Program-made: the position numbers and the translations under genes | Notes under the pieces: generated by a model | What the model saw: the letters and a program-made list of their open reading frames with translations, nothing else | Told to the model about the DNA's origin: nothing | Database searches by the model: none | Shown here: positions 17,629-27,900 of the stretch, in pieces | How positions within the stretch are numbered: the first letter of the stretch is position 1 | How the letters are laid out: each line of letters opens with the position of its first letter | DNA from: Candidatus Kerfeldbacteria bacterium | Lineage (GTDB): Bacteria; Patescibacteriota; Patescibacteriia; SBBC01 | Direction: 5' to 3' | Assembly: GCA_016207275.1 (NCBI GenBank) | Contig: JACQPY010000012.1 | Span: forward strand, 1,706-65,705 | DNA: 64,000 nt

Positions 17629-18454
17629 CCAGCTGGTGGCCAACCGCGCGGCCCTGAAAACCATCCTGGCGCAGTTGGGAATCAGGCCGCGGCGCAGCGC
17701 CGGCCAGCATTTTTTGGTTGACCCTCAAACCGTCGACGACTTAGTTGACGCGGCCGATGTCCGAGCGAGCGAGACCGTCCTCGAGGTTGGTCCGGGCTTG
17801 GGCGTGGTGACTGAGGCACTGGCAAATCGTGGCGCCACGGTACTGGCCATCGAGCTCGATCGAACGCTGGCGGCGTGGTTGACGAGACGGTACCGGGGAC
17901 GTCCAAATATCACCGTTGTTCAAGGTGACATCCGGCGCTGGCGCCTGCCCGAGTATGTCCAGGATGGCCGATACAAAGTGGTCTCGAGTTTGCCGTTCAA
18001 CGTCACCTCGCTCGTCCTGCGCCGGTGGCTTGAGCACCCGCCCCGGCCGACCGTGCTGAGTTTGCTGATCCAGAAGGAAGTGGCTGAACGGGTGACGGCG
18101 CCACCCGGCCGCATGAGCTTGCTGAGCGTATCAGTTCAGTACCTCGGGACGCCGACCATCGTTCGCCCGGTGTCACAAGAACTGTTCTGGCCGCCGCCCG
18201 AGGTTGACGGGGCGGTCATTCGCATCGAGGTCAAGCCGTTGCCGCCGGAAGCCGAACGGAAAAAACTGTGGCGGTTGGCGCGAATCGGCTATTCGGCTCG
18301 ACGAAAAATGTTGTACCGCAACCTGGCGGCTGGATTACGAATCGAGCCGGCCAAGGTTAACGACGCGCTACGGTCGGCGGGTCTTAACGAGGGCTGTCGC
18401 GCCCAAGATGTACGCGTTGAACAGTGGCTAGCGTTGGCCAAAAAGTTACTTTGA
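17618..18454 (+). CDS. rsmA: 16S rRNA m6,2A1518/1519 dimethyltransferase
   Basis: GQHFLVD, VLEVGPGLG, SSLPFNVT, IQKEVAERV, FWPPPEVD, RRKML. Confidence 0.95.
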   Translation: MPSSQLVANRAALKTILAQLGIRPRRSAGQHFLVDPQTVDDLVDAADVRASETVLEVGPGLGVVTEALANRGATVLAIELDRTLAAWLTRRYRGRPNITVVQGDIRRWRLPEYVQDGRYKVVSSLPFNVTSLVLRRWLEHPPRPTVLSLLIQKEVAERVTAPPGRMSLLSVSVQYLGTPTIVRPVSQELFWPPPEVDGAVIRIEVKPLPPEAERKKLWRLARIGYSARRKMLYRNLAAGLRIEPAKVNDALRSAGLNEGCRAQDVRVEQWLALAKKLL

Positions 18455-18479
18455 CGTGAACGCCTAGATGTGCTATAAT
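18451..18479 (+). promoter_or_regulatory. strong sigma70 promoter heading the giant-protein/T4SS locus
   Basis: TTGACG-17 bp-TATAAT with TG extension. Confidence 0.72.
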
Positions 18480-18498
18480 TTTTGCATAAAATGAAACA

Positions 18499-19209
18499 AT
18501 GGAGCAGCGATTTTCTTCAGAAACTGAACGTCAGCCTGGAGCACCAGATTCAGGTGAATCATTGGAACGCGCGGCTCAACGAAAACGGTTGTTCACCGTC
18601 CTGGCCGCCATCGGTGGGGCGGCCTTAGTACTGGGCGTGGTCGGTTTAGTCAACACGATTACCTCGCCGTTTCCGCGTCCGACCGTGCCGAACACGAACG
18701 GTCAGGAGCGGGTGCTCGAGGAACTGAAGCAACAGGACACGGACGGCGATGGCCTGAAGGACTACGACGAGGTTTTCACGTACCGGACTAGCGCTTTTGT
18801 CCGCGACAGCGACAGCGACGGTTTGTCTGATGGCGACGAAGTGGCGGCGCGAGCCGATCCGAACTGTCCGCCGGGCCAGTCGTGCGGCGCGGTGGCCGTG
18901 ACTAACGTCAACATCAACGGCGTGATCAGCAATCCGACGGCCAGCGCCCTGCGTAAAGCGTTAAAGCAGGCGGGCGCGCCGGCCTACATTATTGACCAGA
19001 CCGACGACCAGACGTTGCTCGAGCAGTACCGTGGCGTCCTGGTCGGCACCAATGCCAACGTCAGCCTTAAGCAAAGCGATTTGACGAACCTTTCAGCGGC
19101 CCAGATTAGGGAGTTGCTCAGATCGAACGGCGTGGCCGACGACGCGTCGCTGGCCCAGATTGATGACGAAACCTTGATTGCCATCTATCAAGATGCCTTG
19201 TCGAATTAA
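18499..19209 (+). CDS. membrane-anchored protein with DxDxDG Ca-binding (TSP3-like) repeats
   Basis: one TM; DTDGDGLKDYDE and DSDSDGLSDGDE; duplicated helical C-terminal repeat. Confidence 0.8.
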   Translation: MEQRFSSETERQPGAPDSGESLERAAQRKRLFTVLAAIGGAALVLGVVGLVNTITSPFPRPTVPNTNGQERVLEELKQQDTDGDGLKDYDEVFTYRTSAFVRDSDSDGLSDGDEVAARADPNCPPGQSCGAVAVTNVNINGVISNPTASALRKALKQAGAPAYIIDQTDDQTLLEQYRGVLVGTNANVSLKQSDLTNLSAAQIRELLRSNGVADDASLAQIDDETLIAIYQDALSN

Positions 19210-22200
19210 TGCCCGCTGTGAACGTTTATCGAAAAAAGCTGGCGACTAAACCGGGAACTGAGTTGAGCGTCTCTGACGGTCGGGCTTCACGCTCTCCGAC
19301 ACGGCGAACGCTGCCGTACTTCGCCGTACCGTTCGCCACGGTCGTGGTGATTGGCAGCTTGCTGTTGCTGCCGCGCGCCGTGCCAGTTAAAGCTTTCTTC
19401 CCTCCCTTTCTTAATATTGGTCAGGAACTTTCCACGGTAGTCGGGGTTGGTGTTCCGGTTACCGAAACCGGCAGCATTCCCCAGGCCAAGACCAATATCG
19501 TCAATCGGATCCGCGAGCGCCTTAAAGATCTGCTCAAGGTCGCCGGCGACGTCGCCTACAAAACGGGCGTCCGAATTTTCTACCAGCAGCTGACCAACGT
19601 CACCACCGAGTTTATTCGCACCGCCGGCACCGGCCAAAAACCAATTTTCATCACTGATCCGCACTACTGGGAAAAGGTTTTTGACGCCGCCCAGAACGAC
19701 TTTCTCGACTCGGTCGGCAAGCAAGTGTTTGGTATTGAGCTGAGCCGACCGCTCGATGCCGAGAAGGAAAAGCAGATTGGCTTGCTGGTGCGAGGCATTC
19801 TTAACCCCGGCACGGTCTGCGAGGACGACTGCCAGAAGCGGTACAACGAGAAGCAGGTTAGGATTAAAGAAATCCAACAAGACCTCGGCATCGTCAAGCG
19901 CATGGAACCGGATCCGAACGTCGATCCGAACTGTCCGAAGTGCATTCCCTGCCCGATTGCCGGCGACCCGAACAAGAACCCGGCCTGGGATTCAAAAGGT
20001 CAGCAGTTCATTGATAAAAAGAAATGTCAGGCCGTGCTCGGCGACATCCTGTCGATCGAACGCGCTCAAGTGACCAGGGACTACACCAACTGTACGAACT
20101 CATGCCGGCGGCAACGCGGGGCCGTCCGGACCGACCCGATCCTGAAAGAAGTCGTCGGCAACGAAGCCGTCGCCGCCGCGGTCCAGGAGTACTACGATCC
20201 GCGAAAGAACGACTTCGGCAACATCCTGGCGGTTCTCAACAAGGCGGCTGACCGAAGTCAGAGCGCCGTCCGCGCTGAACAGACTGCTTTCGGGACAAAC
20301 ATCGCGCCGAGCCGAACGACCGCCGGCATCATCACGGCCCCGGCCGTGTTGGTGGAAGAACGTGCCAAGAAGGCGCTTCAAACGGCGACCAACGACGTTG
20401 ACATCGTCACCGGCTCGCGAATTGCCGACGTGATCAGCAAGGCGATCGGCAACGCCTTGATCCAACGGATCACTCGCGAGTGGTTTAATCGCAAGTGCGG
20501 CTTAAACCCGGACGCCTGCCGTCAGCCGGTCGGCACGTCGCCACAAGCGAGGTTCTTGTTTGGCAACCAACCGGCCCAGCTGGCCGCCGACATCAAACCT
20601 GTCCAGATTGGTCGTAATGATATTGTCCTGGGCGAGCCGTCGCGGAATCCCGTGCCGACCGCGGACATCCTGGAAGCGAGTGGTTTGATCGATTCGCGAT
20701 TTCGACAGGCCATTGAACAGCGACTGACAGTTCGCGAAGCACTCGACCAGGGCTTTCTCGACGCGACTCGGACCTTTGGGTATGACCGGGAAGGTAAGGA
20801 GCCGCTCGATGGCTACCCCTACCAGAGCATTTTGTACTTGAAAAAGTCGCGAATCGTGCCGGTCGGTTGGCAACTAGTAGCCGAATACATCCGTCAAGCT
20901 GAACCTCAGGACACCAGCCTTGGTGAGCTGATTAACCAATTCTCGATGTGCGGTCAGGATGCTGCGCATGACGCTGATCCAGCAGCCACCAAAGCCTGCT
21001 CAAATAATCGAACGCAAGTTTGTGCGGCTGACAGAGACTGTACGCCGACGCCGGGCGGAACGTGTCTCTCGACGACGAGTACGTGTGTTGGTGGTCCGCA
21101 GCCGGGCGCGGCTTGTACGTCTGACGTTGACTGTGCGTTTCCTGCTCCGACGTGTATGGAAACCTACTCACCGAGTCCATTCTGCGGCTTAGTCGATCCA
21201 GACTGGGTCTTGAAAGCGCCACTGACCTACTGCCGTAAGCAAGGTGCCGGCGAAGAATTAGTGACCAGGATTTTCCTGTGCGACGAAGATACCAACGCCA
21301 ACGGCCGGATTGACTGCAGCGAGGGTGTCGGCGGCGGCGACATCGGCCATTTTGAAATTCAACGCAAAGACGAGGTCTGTGTCGATGAGCCGACCTGCGT
21401 GGCCGAGAATGAAGACGGTTCGTGCTTGTCGTATGGGTACTGCTTCCAGGATCGTCGCACGTTCAGGTTCGACGGCGACCGCTGTCCCTCGTACTACGCC
21501 TCGTGTCAGGCCTACGCCGATCCGGATGGCAACAGCGTGTCCTTTCTCAAAAAGACGATCGACGTCAATGGCTGCTCGTCGGACAGTGCCGGTTGCAGCG
21601 CTTTCTGCAGCGACCGGCGCGACAAGGACGGCAGTTGGCTGTGCACGTCCGATCCTGGCCGCGATCCGGCCGTGGCCGCCGCGGCGACCAAGTGTCCGGT
21701 CGGCGAAACCTGCACGTGTCGATTGCCGAGCGGTGAGACCTGCACGGTCGGCAACGGCACAGATAATTGCACCACTAATTCTGGCGCCCGCTGTACGCTG
21801 GGCGCGAACTACAGCTACTTCGACCGCGACGTTGAAGTCTGCAGTGAAACCGACGCCGGTTGCCGGGAATTCATTGACGCGAATGGCTCTGCGAACCTGC
21901 TCGCCAACGGCGGCTTCGAGCTCTTCGAGGGTACGGCTGATGACAGCGGCGCGGCCGCCGACGACGTGGTCAAAGGCTGGGGCGGCGTGACGGCATTTAT
22001 CAGTACCTCGCATGCCCAAGTCGTGACGTCGGACCTGGGGGTGACGAACAATAACAAGTCGGCTGTCCGCCTGCCGGCCACGGGCGGCTCGACGCAGGGG
22101 CTGGTTTTCACCAACGACCGGCCGTCGAATACGCCGGCCCGGCAAGGTATTGATACCGGGCGGCCGCTCAGCTTCCGGACGTTTACCTTGTCGTACTACG

Positions 22201-24959
22201 GTCGGGCAGAAAATCCTGGCACCTCGTGCAGCGGCGCCTACGGACTACGGGCGGCCAACTCCTCATATGTAACCAGTGACAACGCCGTCTACACGCCAAC
22301 CTGGACGCGATTCTCGACCGTCATCACCTGGCCTGATCGCGGGTACGACAACAACCCAGACAACCACGTGGTTCAGGCCTTCGTCGAGGCTTCGTCGGAT
22401 TGCAACGTGCTGATTGATAACGTTCAGTTGGAAGCGGCCGACCAGGTAAGTGCCTACGCCGACTACGGGACGGCCAACCTCATCTACCTCAATGCTGATC
22501 GCCGGACCTGCGACCGGGTCGACGTCGGCTGTGAGAAGTACACGCCTGTGACCGGCGGCGGCGAGGCGATCACCGGCGTAGTCAATACGAAAGACCGCTG
22601 CTCGGCTGAGGTGGTTGGCTGCAAGCAGTACCGGAAAGAAGCGATCGATCACATACCCTTCCGAGCGGCAGTTGACCCGCTTAACCTCGTGCCGACGTCA
22701 GCCCGACAGTGCCGGGCCGACCAGGTCGGCTGCGAAGAGTACACCAACCTCGACGTCTTGGCCCAAGGCGGCGAAGCGCGGGAGTTTTTTACGGCCATCC
22801 GCCAGTGCGTCAAACCGGTGACCGGCGCGGCCGACCAGGCGACCTACTTTACTTGGGTCGGTGATGACCGGACTGGCTTCCAGCTCAAGTCGTTCCGCTT
22901 GAAGCAGTCCAACGTCGACGGCGGTCCTTGCACGAACATCGCCTTGGGCACCTCAACCAGTGACAACAACCCAGCCTGCGTCGATGCGGGTGGGGCCAAC
23001 TCGAACATCGCCCAGTGCGATCCGGCCGACGTCGGCGTTAATCCGGACTGCGCGCAGTACTTTGATAGCAGCGGCAATGTTTTCCACCGCCGGCAGAGCC
23101 GAACCGTTCCAGTCAGCGACGATTGCCATCCCTACCGTAATACCATTGATGAACGCAATAACCAGTCGAACGTGTACCTGGTGCTGGCCAGAGAGAGCAC
23201 CACCTGCGCCGCCGAAGCCGCCGAGTGTCGCGCGTTTACCGGCAACGCTGGCAGTAACACTCGGGTGATAGTCAGTTATAATTTTGAGAACTCCAACGCG
23301 GTCTCGGCCGACTGGCAATACGTCGGCGCCGGTTCGAACGTCAGTCCCAGCCCGGCCAGCGTCTCGGCCGGCGGCAAGTCGATGAGCGCGACCGGCACCG
23401 TCGCCACCCAAGACCACGTTCTCCAAGACAAGCTGCAGCAGAACAAGAGCTACACACTGTCGTTCTGGGCCAGTCCGGATTCGGCCACGACGCTCGATGC
23501 CTACCTGCTGATTAACGGCACCGTCACGCGTCCGATCGTCACCAGCCTTAACCTGGCGTCGGAGTGGCACCCGTACACCGTTGGTCCGGTAACGGTCGAC
23601 GTTGATCCGCAGGGTGTGCCGGTCCAGCTGCGACTGACCCTCCGCGACGGCAGTGGCAACCCGGCCACCGCCTACCTTGACAACCTCCAACTGCGCGAGA
23701 TCACCGACAGTCTATTCCTGATTGATAATTCCTTCCGGACTTGCGCTGATGCCGATCTCGGCTGCGAAGCCTACGTTGACCGGGCCAATGCCCGACACAA
23801 CCTTAAGAGCTTTACCCGTTTGTGCAGCCCCGACGTGCTTGGTTGCAGCGCCCTGATCGACACCCAGAATTCGTCGAGTCCCTTCCTCAGCCTGCCTTTG
23901 CGCGGCGTCCAGGTGCCGGCCGACGCGACCGTGAGCTTGGTCAACGAAAAAAATGCCCAGTGCTCGGCTGACGCGAAAGGCTGTACGGCGTTTGGTCAGC
24001 CGACGCTCAACGTCAGCAAGCGGGTGGGCGCATTCCAGACGGTTTACCTCAAGGATCAACCAGACAAGCACCTGCAGATTCTCTGTACCGCCAATGAACT
24101 GTCGTGCACCGAGTACACGGCCGACAGCGGCAGCAAAGAGTACTTTAAGAATCCCGGCGCGCAGACCTGCGAATTCAAACGGTTGACCGGTGACACCGGC
24201 TACCATTGGTACATCACGGGGACGACGTTCCGCTGCCCGGTGAATACGCCGCCGACCGATGGCCTGCCGACCGGCCGGGCTTGCGTCAAGACCTGCACGG
24301 GCGGCGAACGAGGCGGCTTGGCCTGCGTCAGTAACAACGATTGTCTAGAAGCAGTCGGCATCTGCAGCAGCGGCATTTGCCAGGGCGGCGGCGCCAATGA
24401 CGGGACCAGTTGCTCAGCTAACAGCGACTGCCTGGAAACCGCGAGCTGCACCGGCGACGATGCCGTAGTCGGACGAACCTGTCGGATCAACGCTGATTGC
24501 GGCGGCGGCCTGACCTGCGACAGTTGGGTTGGCAGCTGCCCGGAAGAACAAAGCGGCTGCAACGAGTATCGTGATCCCTCGGATCCAAAGTCCTGTCGGA
24601 CTAACTGCCCGCTGGAACTGTCCGGCGGCAAGCCGCTGTACGTCGATGATTCGTGTCAGCCGACGGTATGCCGCGGCGGAAAGAAGGACGGCGATTCCTG
24701 CCGTGATAACTCCGACTGTCCCGGCGTCTGCTCGAATGCCGCCCTGGCCTGCACCTCGTCGTCACAGTGTCCAAGCGGCGGGACGTGTTCGACCGCGACC
24801 TGTTCGGGCGAGGGAATTCCCGGCTGCCGTTCGTACTACTACTTAAAGCAAACGATCGAGCAGAATGCGGCCGAATGCAATGGTCGCGTTGACATTGCTA
24901 ACGGCTGCCGACCGTTCAACGACACGTCGAACCAGACCCTTAACTTCCGAGCGTTCTAA
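19209..24959 (+). CDS. giant secreted/anchored cysteine-rich surface protein with CBM-like domains
   Basis: 1916 aa; N-terminal hydrophobic segment; many C-x(4)-DC repeats; NLLANGGFE..., YTLSFWA...LDNLQL jelly-roll-like modules. Confidence 0.85.
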   Translation: MPAVNVYRKKLATKPGTELSVSDGRASRSPTRRTLPYFAVPFATVVVIGSLLLLPRAVPVKAFFPPFLNIGQELSTVVGVGVPVTETGSIPQAKTNIVNRIRERLKDLLKVAGDVAYKTGVRIFYQQLTNVTTEFIRTAGTGQKPIFITDPHYWEKVFDAAQNDFLDSVGKQVFGIELSRPLDAEKEKQIGLLVRGILNPGTVCEDDCQKRYNEKQVRIKEIQQDLGIVKRMEPDPNVDPNCPKCIPCPIAGDPNKNPAWDSKGQQFIDKKKCQAVLGDILSIERAQVTRDYTNCTNSCRRQRGAVRTDPILKEVVGNEAVAAAVQEYYDPRKNDFGNILAVLNKAADRSQSAVRAEQTAFGTNIAPSRTTAGIITAPAVLVEERAKKALQTATNDVDIVTGSRIADVISKAIGNALIQRITREWFNRKCGLNPDACRQPVGTSPQARFLFGNQPAQLAADIKPVQIGRNDIVLGEPSRNPVPTADILEASGLIDSRFRQAIEQRLTVREALDQGFLDATRTFGYDREGKEPLDGYPYQSILYLKKSRIVPVGWQLVAEYIRQAEPQDTSLGELINQFSMCGQDAAHDADPAATKACSNNRTQVCAADRDCTPTPGGTCLSTTSTCVGGPQPGAACTSDVDCAFPAPTCMETYSPSPFCGLVDPDWVLKAPLTYCRKQGAGEELVTRIFLCDEDTNANGRIDCSEGVGGGDIGHFEIQRKDEVCVDEPTCVAENEDGSCLSYGYCFQDRRTFRFDGDRCPSYYASCQAYADPDGNSVSFLKKTIDVNGCSSDSAGCSAFCSDRRDKDGSWLCTSDPGRDPAVAAAATKCPVGETCTCRLPSGETCTVGNGTDNCTTNSGARCTLGANYSYFDRDVEVCSETDAGCREFIDANGSANLLANGGFELFEGTADDSGAAADDVVKGWGGVTAFISTSHAQVVTSDLGVTNNNKSAVRLPATGGSTQGLVFTNDRPSNTPARQGIDTGRPLSFRTFTLSYYGRAENPGTSCSGAYGLRAANSSYVTSDNAVYTPTWTRFSTVITWPDRGYDNNPDNHVVQAFVEASSDCNVLIDNVQLEAADQVSAYADYGTANLIYLNADRRTCDRVDVGCEKYTPVTGGGEAITGVVNTKDRCSAEVVGCKQYRKEAIDHIPFRAAVDPLNLVPTSARQCRADQVGCEEYTNLDVLAQGGEAREFFTAIRQCVKPVTGAADQATYFTWVGDDRTGFQLKSFRLKQSNVDGGPCTNIALGTSTSDNNPACVDAGGANSNIAQCDPADVGVNPDCAQYFDSSGNVFHRRQSRTVPVSDDCHPYRNTIDERNNQSNVYLVLARESTTCAAEAAECRAFTGNAGSNTRVIVSYNFENSNAVSADWQYVGAGSNVSPSPASVSAGGKSMSATGTVATQDHVLQDKLQQNKSYTLSFWASPDSATTLDAYLLINGTVTRPIVTSLNLASEWHPYTVGPVTVDVDPQGVPVQLRLTLRDGSGNPATAYLDNLQLREITDSLFLIDNSFRTCADADLGCEAYVDRANARHNLKSFTRLCSPDVLGCSALIDTQNSSSPFLSLPLRGVQVPADATVSLVNEKNAQCSADAKGCTAFGQPTLNVSKRVGAFQTVYLKDQPDKHLQILCTANELSCTEYTADSGSKEYFKNPGAQTCEFKRLTGDTGYHWYITGTTFRCPVNTPPTDGLPTGRACVKTCTGGERGGLACVSNNDCLEAVGICSSGICQGGGANDGTSCSANSDCLETASCTGDDAVVGRTCRINADCGGGLTCDSWVGSCPEEQSGCNEYRDPSDPKSCRTNCPLELSGGKPLYVDDSCQPTVCRGGKKDGDSCRDNSDCPGVCSNAALACTSSSQCPSGGTCSTATCSGEGIPGCRSYYYLKQTIEQNAAECNGRVDIANGCRPFNDTSNQTLNFRAF

Positions 24960-24961
24960 CT

Positions 24962-27900
24962 ATGGGCCGCCGGTCAACCTATCTCTGTCTTGCCTCAGTC
25001 GCCGCCCTGTCGACCGCGATGGTGCTGCTGTGGTCGACCTCCGCTCGGGCTTTGACGATTACGCCCATGCCGCCGACGGCGACCCAAGTCTCGCCAACGC
25101 AGGAGACGATTACCTGGCAGACTGACGCGACGACCACCTCCGACCAGGTCCAGTACGGATTGAGCTACAGCCTGCAGTGGACCGCCAAGCAGCTGAGCAT
25201 TAGCGGCTCGCCGCGAAATGAAACAGTGGTCGGGGTTAAGGCGGTCAACGCGCAGCGCGCATTCGTTGCAACTGCCCCGACCGGCGGGACGTCGGTGCTG
25301 TACGAAACCACAAACGGCGGAACCAGCTGGACCGAGCGGTGGTCGTACACACTCGAATCGCCGGGAGCGCTCGAAGTCGACGTGCCGGCTAACCGAGTGT
25401 ACGTCGGCACGGCCAATGGATTCGTCCATGTTTTGACGTTAAGCGGTAGCTCGGTGGCGCAGTGCGACACGCAGCTGGGCATTACCGATATGGCCCTGGC
25501 CAACAGAAAGTTGTGGGTAGTGGGGCTCGGAACGACCACGGTCAAAGAAGTTGATCCGGCCAGCTGCGCCGTCGTTAACCACGCCGTCAACCTCAGCGCG
25601 GTTGATCCGTCGGCGACCTACCTGACTGACATCGCCGCGATAACTATCGGTGGTACCACGACGCTGTGGGTGACGAGCAACGACGTATCGATCGCCACCT
25701 CGACCAACAGCGGTTCAACCTGGAGTACGGCCGTGCTCGGCACGCCTGGCTCGCCGCTGGGCTTCGAGGACATCGGGGCGGTTTCGAACGCTCGCGCCTA
25801 CGCGGTCGGCCGGAACGGCGGCATCTACCTGTACAGCGGCGGAACGTGGAGCGTCGCGCCGACGACAACCAGCCTTGACTTTTTGAGCCTCGGCGTGGGC
25901 AGCGACAGCAAGATTTTCGCCTTCGGCTGCTGCACCGGTGGGTTCGATTACTACTCGTTTAGCGGCGACGGCAGCAGCTGGTCGTCATTGGTGACGATGG
26001 CGACCAGCACCAATGCGCTGGCCGCTTCATTTGTTACGCCCAACGTCGGATGGCTGGGCGGTTTTTCCGGCCGGCTGGCGTTGCACAGCGTCGCTTACCC
26101 GAGCAGCACGCCGGCCAGCAACGGGACGAACCACACGGCTACGGTGAGCGGTCTGCAGGAGGCGACCTACTACCACGCCAGTGCTATTTCGAATACCTCG
26201 ACCCAAACCGCCGAGTCAGGTAACTTCGCGTTCAAAACGCAGGAACTAACCATTACTGATCCGCTCGGTCCGACGGCCACCACCACCTCGTCGAGTGCGA
26301 CAATTACCTGGAACACGCCGAATCAGGCGAGTTTGGCGGCGGATTCGAGAATATACTTATCGGCCAATCCTGGTTGGCAGTCAACTTCGATTAGCGGGTC
26401 GTCTCTAAGAGGAATCAGCGCCGTTGGTGACGGCGCTTACTTAGTTGGCCAAACCAGTAACGCCATTTTTAGAGCCAACGGCCTTGCCCCCAACCCCCCG
26501 TTGAGTTTAATAGCTCCACCCGGCAGAGCAGAAGGAATTGTGATGGTTGGTAATCGCGGGTGGGCGGTCGGACAGAACTTTATCATGCGGACGAATGACG
26601 CCGGAGCAATTCACGACGGAACGTCATGGGTGAGCCAATCGAATGGCGTTCCCTCCAGCACGTATTTCACCAACGTGACCGCTATTGACGATCAACACGC
26701 TTGGGTAGTCGGCGATAATATTATCCTCCGAACCACTGACGGAGGAAGTAATTGGAACACCGTCCTTGCTCCGCTCCGGGTCTTGTATGATACCGCAGTC
26801 GTTGACGCCCTGACGTTGGTGGCGGCCGGTGATAATGGTTATATTCACCGTAGTACCGATAGCGGGGCAACCTGGACGCAGCTTCCAAGAACATTGCCTG
26901 ACGCTGCCGTTTTTGGGTTGAGTTTTGCCAGCGCAACTGCGGGGTGGGCGGCTGGGTTTGGCGGAGTAATTGGTCAGAGTATCGATGGAGGAAAAACATG
27001 GTCGGAACCATTCAACGCTACCTCCTGTGGATTTAATACAACCACGTTCTACGATGTCGCCGCGATTTCCCCGAACGACGTGTGGTTCGTCGGAAGTGGC
27101 GGAAAAGTACTCCATTGGACTGGCGCCGGTTCGTGCCCCCAGACTGTTTTAATTGGTACCGCCACAAATTTGCGAAGCGTCGATGTTGATGGAGCGAATG
27201 TCTGGATAACTGGGGAAAATGGATTAGTCGCGCGGTACGGAGTCGATACAGCCAGCTCCAGCTATCGTTCACTCACTGATGCTTCGCTAACCCGGGCTCA
27301 TTCTTTGACCGTTAATGTTCCACCCCTTACCCCCAACACCACCTACAACTATTTTGTCCAATCCTACGACGCGGCCGGCTACACCGCCGTCAGTCCATTA
27401 AAAACATTTACTACCCAGGCCGTTCCGCAGCTTCAGGTAACACCGTCAAGCCTAAGCTTTACCGCGACGCAGGGACAAAATCCGGCGCCGCAGACCTTCC
27501 TCGTCAAAGACCAGAACAACGGCAACATCGGCGGGTGGAATCTAAGTTCAACCACCGCCTGGTTATCGTCCCCCGGCGCGGTCACACCGACCAGCGGGCC
27601 GGGCACGCCGTCCGATACGGTCAGCGTCACCCCGAACGTGGCCGGTCTTACGGTTGGGACGTACACTGGCACGGTCACCGTCAACGCCACTGATCCAGGC
27701 GTCGATCCGACCTCGACGCCGAAGACGGTTAACGTCTCATTGACGATCACGCCGCCGCCCAAGCTGACGGTATCGAGCACCTCGTTGTCGTTTACCGCCC
27801 AAGAGAACGGCTCGGCGCCCGGCCTCCAGACAGTGGACGTGACTAATGGCGGGGGCGGAACACTGACCTACACTACCGACACCGGCGGTACGACCTGGCT

